A DNA stretch of 64,000 nucleotides from Polyangiaceae bacterium (GCA_044376115.1 JBILLK010000006.1:224001-288000), one strand, 5' to 3'; counted from the stretch's first letter, positions 18,874-30,125 are shown. Notes: a model not told the origin generated them from the sequence alone. Made by a program: numbers and translations.

Positions 18874-20496
18874 TCAGATTACGCCGAACTTCTTGCCAAC
18901 CTTCTCGAACGCCTCGAGCGCGCGGTCGAGGTGGTGCTTCTCGTGCGTCGCCATGTAGCTGGTGCGCAGCACCTGCTGCTTGGGTGGAACCCCGGGGGTG
19001 ATGAAGGGGTTCACGTAGATGTTGTGGTCGTCGAGCAGGCTCTTCCACATCATCACGGTGCGCAGATCCTGACGGATGTAGATGGGGATGACGGCCGTTT
19101 GCGTGGTGCCGAGCTCAAAGCCGAGCCGCTTCAGCTCGTTGCGCATGTAGGTGAAGTTCTCGCGCAGCTTCTCTTGTCGCCACGGTTCTTCCTGCATCAC
19201 GTCGAGGGCGGCCATGGCGGCAGCTACACAGGGCGGTGCAGCGCTCGCGGCAAACAGGAAGGAGAAGGCGAAGTGCCGAACGTAGTCGAGCACCTTGCGA
19301 TCCCCGACCAGCCAGCCACCGATCGAGGCGAGCGACTTGGAGAAGGTGCCACCGATCAGATCGACGTCGTCTTGGACGCCGAAATGCGCCGCGGTTCCGC
19401 GACCGCCCGGCCCGAGGACGCCCAGCCCGTGTGCGTCGTCCACCATGATGCGCGCCTTGTGCTTCTTGGTCACACGCACGAGATCCGGCAGGTTGGCGAT
19501 TTCACCCTGCGCGCTGAAGACGCCATCGGTAATGACGAACGCGCCCTCGCTGTCGGTTAGCTCGGAGAGAGCCTGGTCCAGCGATTCTGCGTCGTTGTGC
19601 TTGTAGCGCACCATGCGGGCCTTGTTGGCCTGGCCCAGCCGGATACCGTCGTAGATCGACGCGTGCACGTCTTTGTCCACCACGCCCACCGCCGACTTGT
19701 TCGAGAGCAAAGCGGAGATCGTGGCGATGTTCACTTGATAGCCGGTGGTGAACACCAGGCCGGCCTCTTTGCCGTGGTACGCCGCGAGCTTGTTCTCGAG
19801 CTCCTCGTGCAGGCGCATCGAGCCGTTGACCAAGCGCGAGCCGGTCATGCTGGTGCCGTACTTGTCGATCGCCTGCTTGGCCGCCTCGCGCACCTTCGGG
19901 TGGGTGGTCAGGCCCAAGTAGTTGTTCGACCCGAGCATGATGACCTCACGGCCTTCGAGCTGGGCGATCGGCCCGTTGTTGAAGTCGAGCGGTCGGAAGA
20001 AGGGGTAAACGCCCATCGAGCGGGCGTTGTCCGCAGTCATGAACTTGAAGCACTTATCGAACACGTCGCGCCCGCCGACCTTCGACAAGCTCGCGCGCTC
20101 GGCCATCGACTGAGCCAGGTCGGCCTCGGAGGAATTGCGCGGGCCAACGGGGGTGGAGGCAACACGCGGTGTCGAACTCGGTGCCTCGCTCTCGGCTTCT
20201 GCTTGCGCGGCGTGAACCGCGTGACCGTTGCTGCCGTTGACATGGCCGTTGCTGGCGGCGGCGGCCTTCGTCTTGCCGCTGTCGACGACGTCGGCCTCGT
20301 TGTAGTCGAGCGCCGGGTCGATCGAGGGCAGCGCGTGACCATCGCGCAACACCACCAACGCCTGTGTTGCCAGCTCCGAAGCCGCACCAAGCCGATTCTT
20401 GGCGTCCATCACGCCATTCGTAACCTTCATCACACGGTCGTCGCTCAACAGGCGCAGGACCAGACCGGAAGAACCGAGACGTTCGAGCAGGCTCAT
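18874..20496 (-). CDS. Alpha-oxoamine synthase family PLP enzyme, serine palmitoyltransferase-like, with N-terminal extension
   Basis: YPFFR, MLGSNNYLGLT, GSRLVNG, DDAHGLGV, PLP-lysine GTFSKSLAS, LRTSYMATH. Confidence 0.8.
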   Translation of the reverse strand: MSLLERLGSSGLVLRLLSDDRVMKVTNGVMDAKNRLGAASELATQALVVLRDGHALPSIDPALDYNEADVVDSGKTKAAAASNGHVNGSNGHAVHAAQAEAESEAPSSTPRVASTPVGPRNSSEADLAQSMAERASLSKVGGRDVFDKCFKFMTADNARSMGVYPFFRPLDFNNGPIAQLEGREVIMLGSNNYLGLTTHPKVREAAKQAIDKYGTSMTGSRLVNGSMRLHEELENKLAAYHGKEAGLVFTTGYQVNIATISALLSNKSAVGVVDKDVHASIYDGIRLGQANKARMVRYKHNDAESLDQALSELTDSEGAFVITDGVFSAQGEIANLPDLVRVTKKHKARIMVDDAHGLGVLGPGGRGTAAHFGVQDDVDLIGGTFSKSLASIGGWLVGDRKVLDYVRHFAFSFLFAASAAPPCVAAAMAALDVMQEEPWRQEKLRENFTYMRNELKRLGFELGTTQTAVIPIYIRQDLRTVMMWKSLLDDHNIYVNPFITPGVPPKQQVLRTSYMATHEKHHLDRALEAFEKVGKKFGVI

Positions 20497-20639
20497 GATG
20501 GTCCCCGTCTACGCAATCCACCGGGGGGTTTGAAGCCCCAAACTCTACAAAAAGTAGCGTAATTCCTTGCGCGGCCTCGTGAGTGGCTCGCTACTAATTG
20601 CGAACTCGTGGAGTGCGGTGTAGAAAAACTTGCATACCC

Positions 20640-22001
<1,362 letters not shown>

Positions 22002-22091
22002 CGCCAGCACCGCTTTGGGGGCAGCGCTGCTTGTGGTGTTCCTTGCGCGTAGCGAACTCTTGGTGCGTGATTCGAAGCGAAGGTTGATGCA

Positions 22092-23774
22092 GTGAACATT
22101 CCGCGCTGGCTACCCGGGGTATCGGCGGCTCTCAGCTACGAACGACGCTTTCTGCGCCCGGACCTCATAGCCGGGCTCACCGTCGGCGCGATGCTGATCC
22201 CGCAATCGATGGCCTACGCCGAACTCGCCGGGATGCCGCCAGCGTCGGGATTTCACGCCGTATTGCTCGCCCTGGTCGTCTACGCCGTGCTCGGAAGCTC
22301 GAGGCACTTGGGGGTTGGACCCGAGCCGGGAACCGCGATTCTCGCGGCCACTGGCGTGGGCGCATTGTCGCTCGGTGACCCCAGCCGATTTGCGTCGTTG
22401 ATGGTGGTGGTCGCCTTCGTCGTGGGGGCGCTCTGTCTTGCTGGAGCGCTGTTGCGACTCGGCTTTCTCGCTGAGCTGCTTTCGAAGCCAGTGCTGGTGG
22501 GCTACATCACCGGTGTCGGCCTCACGTTGATCTCGAGCCAGTTGGGTAAGTCCACCGGGATGTCGCTCAAGGCCGATGGCTTCTTTCCTCGGGTTGCATT
22601 GTTCGGTTCGCGGCTCGCCGAGGTCCATCCGCTCAGCCTCGTGGTGACCTTGGTAACGCTCGGCGTTTTGCTGGCGCTGCGGAGGTTTGCGCCGAAGTTA
22701 CCGGGCGCGCTTCTCGGCGTCAGCGGGGCTACCTTCGTGAGTTACGCGCTCGCGCTACCGAGCCACGGGCTGCGCGTCGTGGGGGAGATATCGGCGAGCT
22801 TGCCGCATCTGACCGTTCCGAGTTTAAGCTGGGCGGATCTGCACGCGGTGTTACCAACGGCGGTCGGTATCGCGCTCGTCGGCTACACCGACAACGTGCT
22901 CACGGCGCGCTCGGTCGCTGCGCGGCTTGGCTACCGAGTGAACGCGACACAAGAGTTGCTCGCCTTGGGAGCGATCAACGTGGCCTCGGCGCTGTCCGGA
23001 GGCTTCGCGGTGTCCTCCAGCGCAAGCCGGACTGCGGTGCCCGCTGCGCTCGAAAGCAAGACCCAGTTGGTGAGCTTGGTGGCGGCGGCCTTCGTCGTGG
23101 TGGCGATCCTCGGTTTCGGGCCGGTACTCTCGCAGATGCCGGAGCCAGCGTTATCCGCGGTCATTCTCTCAGCGGGGGTCGCGATCATCGATGTCGAGGG
23201 GTTCCGTCGGCTTTGGTCGCTCAGCAGGCTCGAGTTCGGGATCGCGGTGCTGGCGGCGTTGAGCGTGATGGTGTTCGACGTGTTGACCGGCGTCCTGCTC
23301 GCCGTCGCTGCCTCCGTGTTGCTCGCGCTTGGCAGAATCGCCGTTCCGAGTGACTCGATTCTGGCGCGCGCAGACAAGCTGGACGGCTGGGTGGATGCCA
23401 AGGAGTACCACCTCGCAACCACGCCCGGGCTGCTCGTCTATCGCTTTGATGCGCCGCTCTTCTTCGCCAACGCCAATCGCTTTCGCGAGCGGCTCGCGAA
23501 CGCTCTGCGGGTGAACCCCGGGCGGGAGGAGTGGGTCGTGCTCGACTTCGAGGGCGTCGGCGAGATCGACGCAACGGCGATCGAGATGCTCGAGGACCTG
23601 ATTGCGGAGCACGAGCGAGCCGGCCTGGTGATCGCGATCGCGCGTGCCAATCCGCGAGCGATTGAGCGACTCGAACGCTCAGGGCTCTGCCGTGAACGTC
23701 GCTACCCGACGATCAACAGCGCGGTGAAGGCGTTCAATGAACGCACGTTGCAACGCGAACCTTCCCTCGACTGA
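22092..23774 (+). CDS. SulP/SLC26 anion transporter with STAS domain
   Basis: DLIAGLTVG..LIPQSMAYA, SSRHL.VGP, SASRT, LFFANA, IDAT. Confidence 0.95.
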   Translation: MNIPRWLPGVSAALSYERRFLRPDLIAGLTVGAMLIPQSMAYAELAGMPPASGFHAVLLALVVYAVLGSSRHLGVGPEPGTAILAATGVGALSLGDPSRFASLMVVVAFVVGALCLAGALLRLGFLAELLSKPVLVGYITGVGLTLISSQLGKSTGMSLKADGFFPRVALFGSRLAEVHPLSLVVTLVTLGVLLALRRFAPKLPGALLGVSGATFVSYALALPSHGLRVVGEISASLPHLTVPSLSWADLHAVLPTAVGIALVGYTDNVLTARSVAARLGYRVNATQELLALGAINVASALSGGFAVSSSASRTAVPAALESKTQLVSLVAAAFVVVAILGFGPVLSQMPEPALSAVILSAGVAIIDVEGFRRLWSLSRLEFGIAVLAALSVMVFDVLTGVLLAVAASVLLALGRIAVPSDSILARADKLDGWVDAKEYHLATTPGLLVYRFDAPLFFANANRFRERLANALRVNPGREEWVVLDFEGVGEIDATAIEMLEDLIAEHERAGLVIAIARANPRAIERLERSGLCRERRYPTINSAVKAFNERTLQREPSLD

Positions 23775-23880
23775 GGGCTTGTTGACCGGCAGATAGTGGC
23801 AGCGGGGGCATCTTCCACCGCGGCCGGAACTGGTGTTCGCGACGCTTGACGGCTGCGTCGCAAACCGTCACAACCGCTGC

Positions 23881-25506
23881 ATGCGTACTTGCTTGGCCCC
23901 GCTGTTTCTCCTGCTCGCGGGGTGCATCGGTGAGATCGGTGATGGCGCCTCAAGCAACGTTGAAGTGCCCAACGCCAAAGATGCAGACGAGGTTGGGATC
24001 AGCGGCGCGAGGCGGCTGACCGCGATCGAGTATCGAACCACGGTCTTTGACCTCGTCGGGGTCGACGTCAGCGATGCCGCGCTGGTGCTGCCTACCGACG
24101 AGCGCCTTCCGTTCGACAACGACTTCACCAAGCAGACGGCGTCGCAAGCTTTGATCGACTCAGCGGATCTGCTCGCCGGGGAAATCGCTGGCTCGGTTGT
24201 CGCGGATCCGACGCTGCGGGCGAACGTGGTGGGCTGCACTCCGGTAAGCGCAGTCGACGAGGCTTGCTTGCGTTCGTTCGTGATCGAGTTCGGACGGAGG
24301 GCGTTGCGGCGCCCGCTGTCGGACCTCGAGGTCGATCGCTTCGTGCAGCACTTCTTGCCGCACGCGGAGGAGTCGGGCGATTTCTGGGTGGCGATCGACT
24401 CAAGTCTGCGCGCCTTTTTGCAGCATCCCGAGTTCTTGTATCGCATCGAGATCGGTGATGCGGTGCCAGGCTTCCCGGGGCTGTATCGGCTCAACGAGTT
24501 CGAGATCGCTACGCGGCTTTCTTACTTCTTGTGGGGTTCATCCCCGCCCGATTGGTTGCTCGATGCCGCCGAGGCCGGTGAGCTTACGGACCCAGAGCAG
24601 CTTCGCGGAGCCGCGCAGACGTTGCTCAGCGACGAGCGAGCGCTATCGCGCCTGTCGCTCTTTCATTCGATGTGGCTCAGCTACGAGCAATTGCCGGTCT
24701 CGGCTGAGCTCGCGCAGGCCATGTCGCGCGAGACGGAATCTCTGCTCGACCGGGTGCTTTTGCAAGAGGCGCGGCCTTGGAGCGATCTGCTGGTCGCCGA
24801 GGAGACCTTCCTCACGCCCGAGCTGGCTACACACTACGGCTTACCGACGCCATCGGAGCCAGGCGGCTCCTGGGTCCCCTACGGTGAGAGCGGTCGTCGC
24901 GGGCTGCTCTCGCACGGCACCTTCCTTAGCGCCGTGTCGAAGTTTGGGGACACCAGCCCCACGCAACGCGGCCTCTTGATTCGAACAAGGCTCTTCTGTG
25001 AAACCATCGCTCATCCGCCGCCGGAGCTCAACGTCAACGTGGATGAGCCGCCGCAAGCCGCTGATCCGAACGCCTGCAAGATCGACCGCTACAGCATGTG
25101 GAAGACCGAGGGCTGCAGTCAGTGCCACTCGCTGATGGATCCGGTGGGCTTCGGCTTGGAGAGCTACGACGCCAGCGGTCGCTTTCGCACCACCGAGCCG
25201 AACAAGCCCGAGTGCGTGATTGACGGCAACGGCTCGCTCGAAGGGGTAGGGGAGTTCAACGGTCCGGCGCAACTGGGCGAGCGCATGTTGGAGTCTGGCC
25301 AGCTCGATCAGTGCGTGGCTACGCAAATCTACCGCTACGCCATGGGCCGCTTCGCGTTGGATGAGCACGACGAGGTGTTCCTCGCGCGCTTGGTCGAGGC
25401 CGCGCAAGTGGACGGTCAAGACTTGCGAATGGATCGCTTGTTTGAAGAGTTCGTGGCCTCGGAGGCCTTTCAACTGCGACGCGAAGAGGAGGTCTCCGGT
25501 GAGTGA
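23881..25506 (+). CDS. DUF1592/DUF1588-domain (PSD) lipoprotein with CXXCH
   Basis: Lipobox LAGC, RRLT..EY, ATRLSYFLWGSSP, TSPTQRG, CSQCH..MDPVGFGLE. Confidence 0.9.
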   Translation: MRTCLAPLFLLLAGCIGEIGDGASSNVEVPNAKDADEVGISGARRLTAIEYRTTVFDLVGVDVSDAALVLPTDERLPFDNDFTKQTASQALIDSADLLAGEIAGSVVADPTLRANVVGCTPVSAVDEACLRSFVIEFGRRALRRPLSDLEVDRFVQHFLPHAEESGDFWVAIDSSLRAFLQHPEFLYRIEIGDAVPGFPGLYRLNEFEIATRLSYFLWGSSPPDWLLDAAEAGELTDPEQLRGAAQTLLSDERALSRLSLFHSMWLSYEQLPVSAELAQAMSRETESLLDRVLLQEARPWSDLLVAEETFLTPELATHYGLPTPSEPGGSWVPYGESGRRGLLSHGTFLSAVSKFGDTSPTQRGLLIRTRLFCETIAHPPPELNVNVDEPPQAADPNACKIDRYSMWKTEGCSQCHSLMDPVGFGLESYDASGRFRTTEPNKPECVIDGNGSLEGVGEFNGPAQLGERMLESGQLDQCVATQIYRYAMGRFALDEHDEVFLARLVEAAQVDGQDLRMDRLFEEFVASEAFQLRREEEVSGE

Positions 25507-26989
25507 GCAACAATTGCGTGGGCGTTCTCGTCGCCGCTTCTTGCGCGGCGTTGGCGGTTTCGCGCTCGCACTTCCCTTCCTTGAGGTGTTCGCGCCGAAG
25601 CGTGCGGGTGCTGGGCCCTCGAACAACCCGCGCCGCTACGTGTTCGCGTTCGGCGGTTCCTCGCTCGGTATCGACGGTCAGGATTCGGTCGCACCCACCG
25701 CTGAGGGGCCGATCGGTTCGGTGATCACGCGTGGTCTTCAGCCGATCGTCGGGCTTGGCCTAAGCGATGCTGTCTCGTGTGTTTCGGGCCTTTCGATTCC
25801 GTACGGTCCGGACAACGCCATCCCGGCAGGCGGGCGTTACATCGCCTGGCACGCGAGCTCGACGTGTCCGCTCGCGACCGGTATGCGAACAAACCCCGGG
25901 GATGAGTCGCTCACCGGCCCAACCAGCGACTGGGTCGTCGCCAATCAGATTGCGCAGGGCGTGCCCAACCAGGTGCTCGCCTATCGCGTGCAAGCCGCCT
26001 TCTATCGTGGAAGCAACGGCACCGACGGCACGCGCGGTCTCATCTCCGCGCGGATGAACGGCAACACCTTGGAGGAGGTCCCTCCGACCTCGAGCATCAA
26101 GACGGCCTACCAGAGTTTGATCTCCGGCTTCACGCCGCCCGATCCAGAAGACGCCGCTCGCGCGAAGTTCTTGCTCGAGCGCCGCAAGAGCGTGATCGAC
26201 CTCGTGCGTGGTGACACCGAGAAGCTGGTCCCGCGCCTCGGCGCAGCCGACAAGATCCGCTTGGAGCGCCACCTCGATGAGCTGCGCGGCCTCGAGACGC
26301 GGCTCAACGCGATTGCGCCCCCTGATACCGCCGCCTGTCAGCCCGTTGCGGACCCTGGAGATGACCCTGCGATCGGTGGGGCGGTGGAGAACGGCGAGCA
26401 AGGCACTGGCGGCTACACCGATGAGAACGCCGCTTACAGCAATGAAGAGCTACGGGCGACGGTAATGACCGATCTCATTCACATGGCCTTCGCCTGTGAC
26501 ATGGCGCGCGTTGCGAACCTGATGTTCACCTACTCGCAATGTTTCTTGAACATGCGCGCGCTCTTCGGCCACCCAACCGATCTTCACGAGATGAGCCACT
26601 ACAGCATGGGAGGCAACCAAGCGGGGGCCGACGCCATGGCGGACGGAATCTCGTGGCACGTCAAACATTGGGGCCGGCTCTTGCAAAAGCTCCGGGATAC
26701 GGAGGACTTTGACGGCAGCTCGATGCTTGAGACGACGAGCGCCATCCTCTGCTTCGAAGGCGGCTGGGGTTATGACCCTGAGCAGGACGCTCAAGGTTCG
26801 GCTCACTCGTCGGACAACATGGTCGTGTTGATCGGTGGCAAGGCGGGCGGTCTCAACCGCTCGGGCGGCCAGGCCATTCGGCGCGTCGGTGAGCACCCGG
26901 TCAAGGTGATCAACACGGCGATGCGCGCGGTGGGCGTCAACCAGGATTTGGGCGAAGTGGCCGGGCACTATCCCGAGCTGATGCTCTGA
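25499..26989 (+). CDS. DUF1552-family Tat-exported protein
   Basis: SRRRFLRG twin-arginine, ALPFLE, RKSVID, LERHLD, AFACD..RV, HEMSH. Usual partner of DUF1592. Confidence 0.88.
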   Translation: MSEQQLRGRSRRRFLRGVGGFALALPFLEVFAPKRAGAGPSNNPRRYVFAFGGSSLGIDGQDSVAPTAEGPIGSVITRGLQPIVGLGLSDAVSCVSGLSIPYGPDNAIPAGGRYIAWHASSTCPLATGMRTNPGDESLTGPTSDWVVANQIAQGVPNQVLAYRVQAAFYRGSNGTDGTRGLISARMNGNTLEEVPPTSSIKTAYQSLISGFTPPDPEDAARAKFLLERRKSVIDLVRGDTEKLVPRLGAADKIRLERHLDELRGLETRLNAIAPPDTAACQPVADPGDDPAIGGAVENGEQGTGGYTDENAAYSNEELRATVMTDLIHMAFACDMARVANLMFTYSQCFLNMRALFGHPTDLHEMSHYSMGGNQAGADAMADGISWHVKHWGRLLQKLRDTEDFDGSSMLETTSAILCFEGGWGYDPEQDAQGSAHSSDNMVVLIGGKAGGLNRSGGQAIRRVGEHPVKVINTAMRAVGVNQDLGEVAGHYPELML

Positions 26990-27043
26990 TTGTAGGGGCG
27001 TGAGCGCTAGTAGCGGCCCGGGTGAGGGCCGCTCGAGCTTCAA

Positions 27044-27922
27044 TCAGGGGCAGTTGGCGTTGAGCGGCGCTTCGTCGGACCCATCCAAGCAATCGAGGTC
27101 GTTGTCACACTCCCACGTGTCCGGGATGCAGGCACCATCGGCGCAGGTAAACTCACCGAACACGCAACCGCCACCACCGCAGTTGGGGTTGGTCGGTGCT
27201 TCATCCGAGCCGTCGGAGCAGTCGGGGAAGCCATCACATTCGGAGAAGAAGAAGACGCACTCGCCGTTGGCGCAAGTGAAGTCGAAGATGCCGCAACCAC
27301 CGCCGCCGCAGTTGGGGTTGATGGGCGCCTCGTCGGAGAAGTCGGCGCAGTCCGGGAGGCCATCGCAGGCGTAGAAGTCGGGGAAGCACTCGCCGCTCTG
27401 ACACGCGAACTCATCGGGTTGGCAGTTGGAGGTGTTGCAGTTGGGGTTCTGCGGCGCTTCATCCACCGCACCCGCGCAATTCTGAAAGGTGTCGCAAACG
27501 AGGTTCATCGGAATGCAGCTACCGTCGCCGCAGTCGAACTGGCCCGCGCACTCACCGCAGGTCTCGTTGATCGGATCCTCATCCGAGCCATCCGCGCATT
27601 CGGTCGTGCCGTTGCATTCAGCAGCGGCGTTGATGCAGCCACCGTTTGCGCATTGGAATTGGTTCGGCTGGCAACCGCTGCCACCACCTTGGCCGCCGAT
27701 GGGCGTGCCGCCCTCGCCCCCGTTGCCGCCGTTGCCGGTTCCGCCGGTTCCACCTACCGAAGGCTCCCCAGCTTGGCCGCCGCTGCCACCGTTGCCGGTT
27801 CCGCCATTGCCGCCTTCATTGGAGCCACCGTTACTCGACGTTCCCCCTGTGAGGTCGGTATTGCTGGTGGCACAGCCCGTAGCGATCAACAGCCCAATCA
27901 TCAAGCCAAAGCTAAAGCGCAT
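27044..27922 (-). CDS. Lipoprotein with five LDL-receptor class A repeats
   Basis: Lipobox ATGC, Gly linker, five F.C..G.C....C(D/N)...C....DE modules. Confidence 0.9.
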   Translation of the reverse strand: MRFSFGLMIGLLIATGCATSNTDLTGGTSSNGGSNEGGNGGTGNGGSGGQAGEPSVGGTGGTGNGGNGGEGGTPIGGQGGGSGCQPNQFQCANGGCINAAAECNGTTECADGSDEDPINETCGECAGQFDCGDGSCIPMNLVCDTFQNCAGAVDEAPQNPNCNTSNCQPDEFACQSGECFPDFYACDGLPDCADFSDEAPINPNCGGGGCGIFDFTCANGECVFFFSECDGFPDCSDGSDEAPTNPNCGGGGCVFGEFTCADGACIPDTWECDNDLDCLDGSDEAPLNANCP

Positions 27923-27947
27923 GAATTAGTGGATAGCAGCGGAGCGG

Positions 27948-28496
27948 CTACGTCAATGCGGTACGTGCGAACCAGGTACGGAACTTCTCGAGCAGCGCGT
28001 CGACTTCTTCGGCGCTGTTTTCGATCAGCAGGTTCTCGATGCCGAGCCCGCGCAGAGCCGCGACCGCCAAATGTACATCCAGGTCGTTCTCGTTACGTTG
28101 CATCAGCAGCGCAAAGACCCGGCGCTGGTGCTGAAGTTGTTCGGCGAGCGCCCTTCTAATTTCGGGGTCGTTGACCGCCTCCGCCATGAGGCCCAACATG
28201 ATCAGCGAGCGTCGGCGATCACTGAGTAAGCGGCGCAGTAGCGCGAACAACAGCTCCTCCGAAGGTCGTTCCCCGCCTGTTGCCAGGGCCTGCTCGAGTT
28301 CTTCTCTCGCCCGCCCGGAAAGTCGAACGAGGACTGCTGCGACCAGGTCGGCTTTGCGAGGGAAGTAGTAGGTGAGGTGGCCCTGTTGCAGCCCCGCGGC
28401 GCGCGCCACTTTCACCTGACCAAAGCCGCGCGCGCCCGATTGCTCCAAGAGCTCAATCGCCGCATCCACGATCTTTCCCCGCAGGTCGTCGCTCAT
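27948..28496 (-). CDS. TetR/AcrR-family regulator
   Basis: IVDAAIELL...VARAAGL..G.LTYYFP.K.DL HTH. Confidence 0.9.
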   Translation of the reverse strand: MSDDLRGKIVDAAIELLEQSGARGFGQVKVARAAGLQQGHLTYYFPRKADLVAAVLVRLSGRAREELEQALATGGERPSEELLFALLRRLLSDRRRSLIMLGLMAEAVNDPEIRRALAEQLQHQRRVFALLMQRNENDLDVHLAVAALRGLGIENLLIENSAEEVDALLEKFRTWFARTALT

Positions 28497-28546
28497 TCGC
28501 ACACCCTTCTAGCGCGTTGTGCACTGAGCACGTGACGAAGCTTGAG

Positions 28547-28562
28547 TTTGTATGTATACAAA
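28547..28562. promoter_or_regulatory. Putative TetR operator
   Basis: Perfect AT-rich inverted repeat TTTGTAT-GT-ATACAAA between the divergent TetR and lipoprotein genes. Confidence 0.65.
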
Positions 28563-28566
28563 GACG

Positions 28567-29313
28567 ATGCGCACCTGTGTTTGGGGTCTGGTTTGCGGGT
28601 TGGCTTTAGGTTGCGGAGATGACGGCTCGAGCGGCGCAGGGAACGCCGGTAGCGGTCCTGTCGGCGGGGCCGGCGGAGCGGGCGGTGCCGAGCCGGCCAG
28701 CTTGCTGGATGCGCGCTACTGCGAGGTTCTGCTCGGTTCAATCAGCGGCGCAACGGTGGACGTGGACGTGTACAACACCATCGGGCTCAACGACTGTCCG
28801 CAGGCTGATTGGGAGGCTCTGGACGCAGACGCCATCAAGAGCGAGTTCATGGTGGACGCGGCCATCCTCAACGGCCCCCGCTATTGGACGATCACCCGCT
28901 TTGCAGTGGGGGTTCTGCAGAGCGAGGAGGTCGTCACCTTTGGCGGGCTCGATATGCGGATAGGGGGCAGAATCAGCCTTCCTATCAGCGTCGTGACTCA
29001 AGGCAACTCGCCTTACCAGGACCGCACGATCCAGCGCGAGAGCATCGTGCTGTTTGCGGCAGGCCAGCGCGTCTACGAGCTCGTGGACGATACCGATCGC
29101 GTCTTCATCATGCAGTCTTACAGCACACAGTATGAGCCGCAGACGCTCGCTTCCTTGGAGACGCTCGGTGAACGGCTCTCGCTCCCGCAAGGTTGGAGTT
29201 ACCGCACGCGGGTGCTGAGTGAGGACCTCCAAGTGGAGGCGGTGGACAACCTAGCTACGGTGCTGCAAGACGACTTTACCAACACCTACCAACTGACAGC
29301 GCTCGCGCCCTGA
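28567..29313 (+). CDS. Hypothetical lipoprotein
   Basis: Lipobox ALGC, Gly linker, globular domain RYCEV...NDCP...NGPRYW...MQSY...LP.GW...VLQD. Confidence 0.75.
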   Translation: MRTCVWGLVCGLALGCGDDGSSGAGNAGSGPVGGAGGAGGAEPASLLDARYCEVLLGSISGATVDVDVYNTIGLNDCPQADWEALDADAIKSEFMVDAAILNGPRYWTITRFAVGVLQSEEVVTFGGLDMRIGGRISLPISVVTQGNSPYQDRTIQRESIVLFAAGQRVYELVDDTDRVFIMQSYSTQYEPQTLASLETLGERLSLPQGWSYRTRVLSEDLQVEAVDNLATVLQDDFTNTYQLTALAP

Positions 29314-29321
29314 CAGCGCTC

Positions 29322-30125
29322 TCAGCCCGGCGTCCAAGGAATCAAGCGGGAGGTCCGCTTTTGGTACTGCGCGTACTCCGGGTAACGCGAGAGCGTGATG
29401 CTCTCCGTAAAATTGGTGGAGCCGTGAAAGAGCAGGGTCAACAGACTCGGGCCGATGATGCTGACGTTCAACCACTGCCCAGAAGCGGCGACCGAGAAGA
29501 GGTAAAGACTCCACCATAGGGCTTGCTCGGCGAAGAAGTTGGGGTGGCGCGAATAGGCGAATAGCCCCTTGGTGAGAAACGGAGACTCCAACGATTCTCC
29601 GCGCGAAAGTCGGGCCTTCTTGTCTTGGTGGAAGGTCCACTGCTGTTGGTCGGCGACCGTCTCGAGCACCAAGGAGCCGATGAAGGCGATGGCTGCGACC
29701 GCATCAAGGAGGCCGAGCGGCGTGGCTTTTCCGGCGATGGCTACCCAAGCGGGTAAGGCCAGCAGATAGAGCAGCAAGTTCTGATAGCCAGCGACGAAGA
29801 AGAAAGAGAAAAGCTGCCACTGCCAGGGGCTCATCTTCTTGCGCATCACCGGCCAGCGGTAATCTTCGCCGCCCTTCGCATAGCCGCCTTTGCGGGCGAA
29901 ATTGAAGGTCAGTCGCGCGCCCCAGGCGAACACCAGCGCTGCCATCAGCGCCACCCGCGGGTTCTCTGCGCCAGCCTTCCACGCGAAGAACATCGCGTAT
30001 CCAACGGGGGTCAGGGACCAAGCGCGATCCACCCAGGAGTGCTCTTTGGTGAGCACTCCCAGGAGCCAGCAGATGAAGGCTACGGCAGCACAGCCGTAGA
30101 GGCCTTGAAGCAACGTTGCGTCCAC
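29322..30125 (-). CDS. DUF1295 (steroid 5-alpha-reductase-like) membrane protein
   Basis: SWVDRAWS, WGARLT, GEDYRW, ETVADQQ, GLFAYSRHPNFFAE. Confidence 0.9.
   Translation of the reverse strand: MDATLLQGLYGCAAVAFICWLLGVLTKEHSWVDRAWSLTPVGYAMFFAWKAGAENPRVALMAALVFAWGARLTFNFARKGGYAKGGEDYRWPVMRKKMSPWQWQLFSFFFVAGYQNLLLYLLALPAWVAIAGKATPLGLLDAVAAIAFIGSLVLETVADQQQWTFHQDKKARLSRGESLESPFLTKGLFAYSRHPNFFAEQALWWSLYLFSVAASGQWLNVSIIGPSLLTLLFHGSTNFTESITLSRYPEYAQYQKRTSRLIPWTPG

Noticed and set aside
20584..20602. Sigma-54 promoter upstream of the NtrC-like gene (TGGCTC...TTGCG)
   Set aside because: GG-to-GC spacing is 3 bp too long for a -24/-12 promoter.
27044..27500. Regularly spaced DNA repeats (GCAGTTGGGGTT) resembling a CRISPR array
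   Set aside because: They are the coding repeats of LDLa modules, are degenerate, and no cas genes are present.
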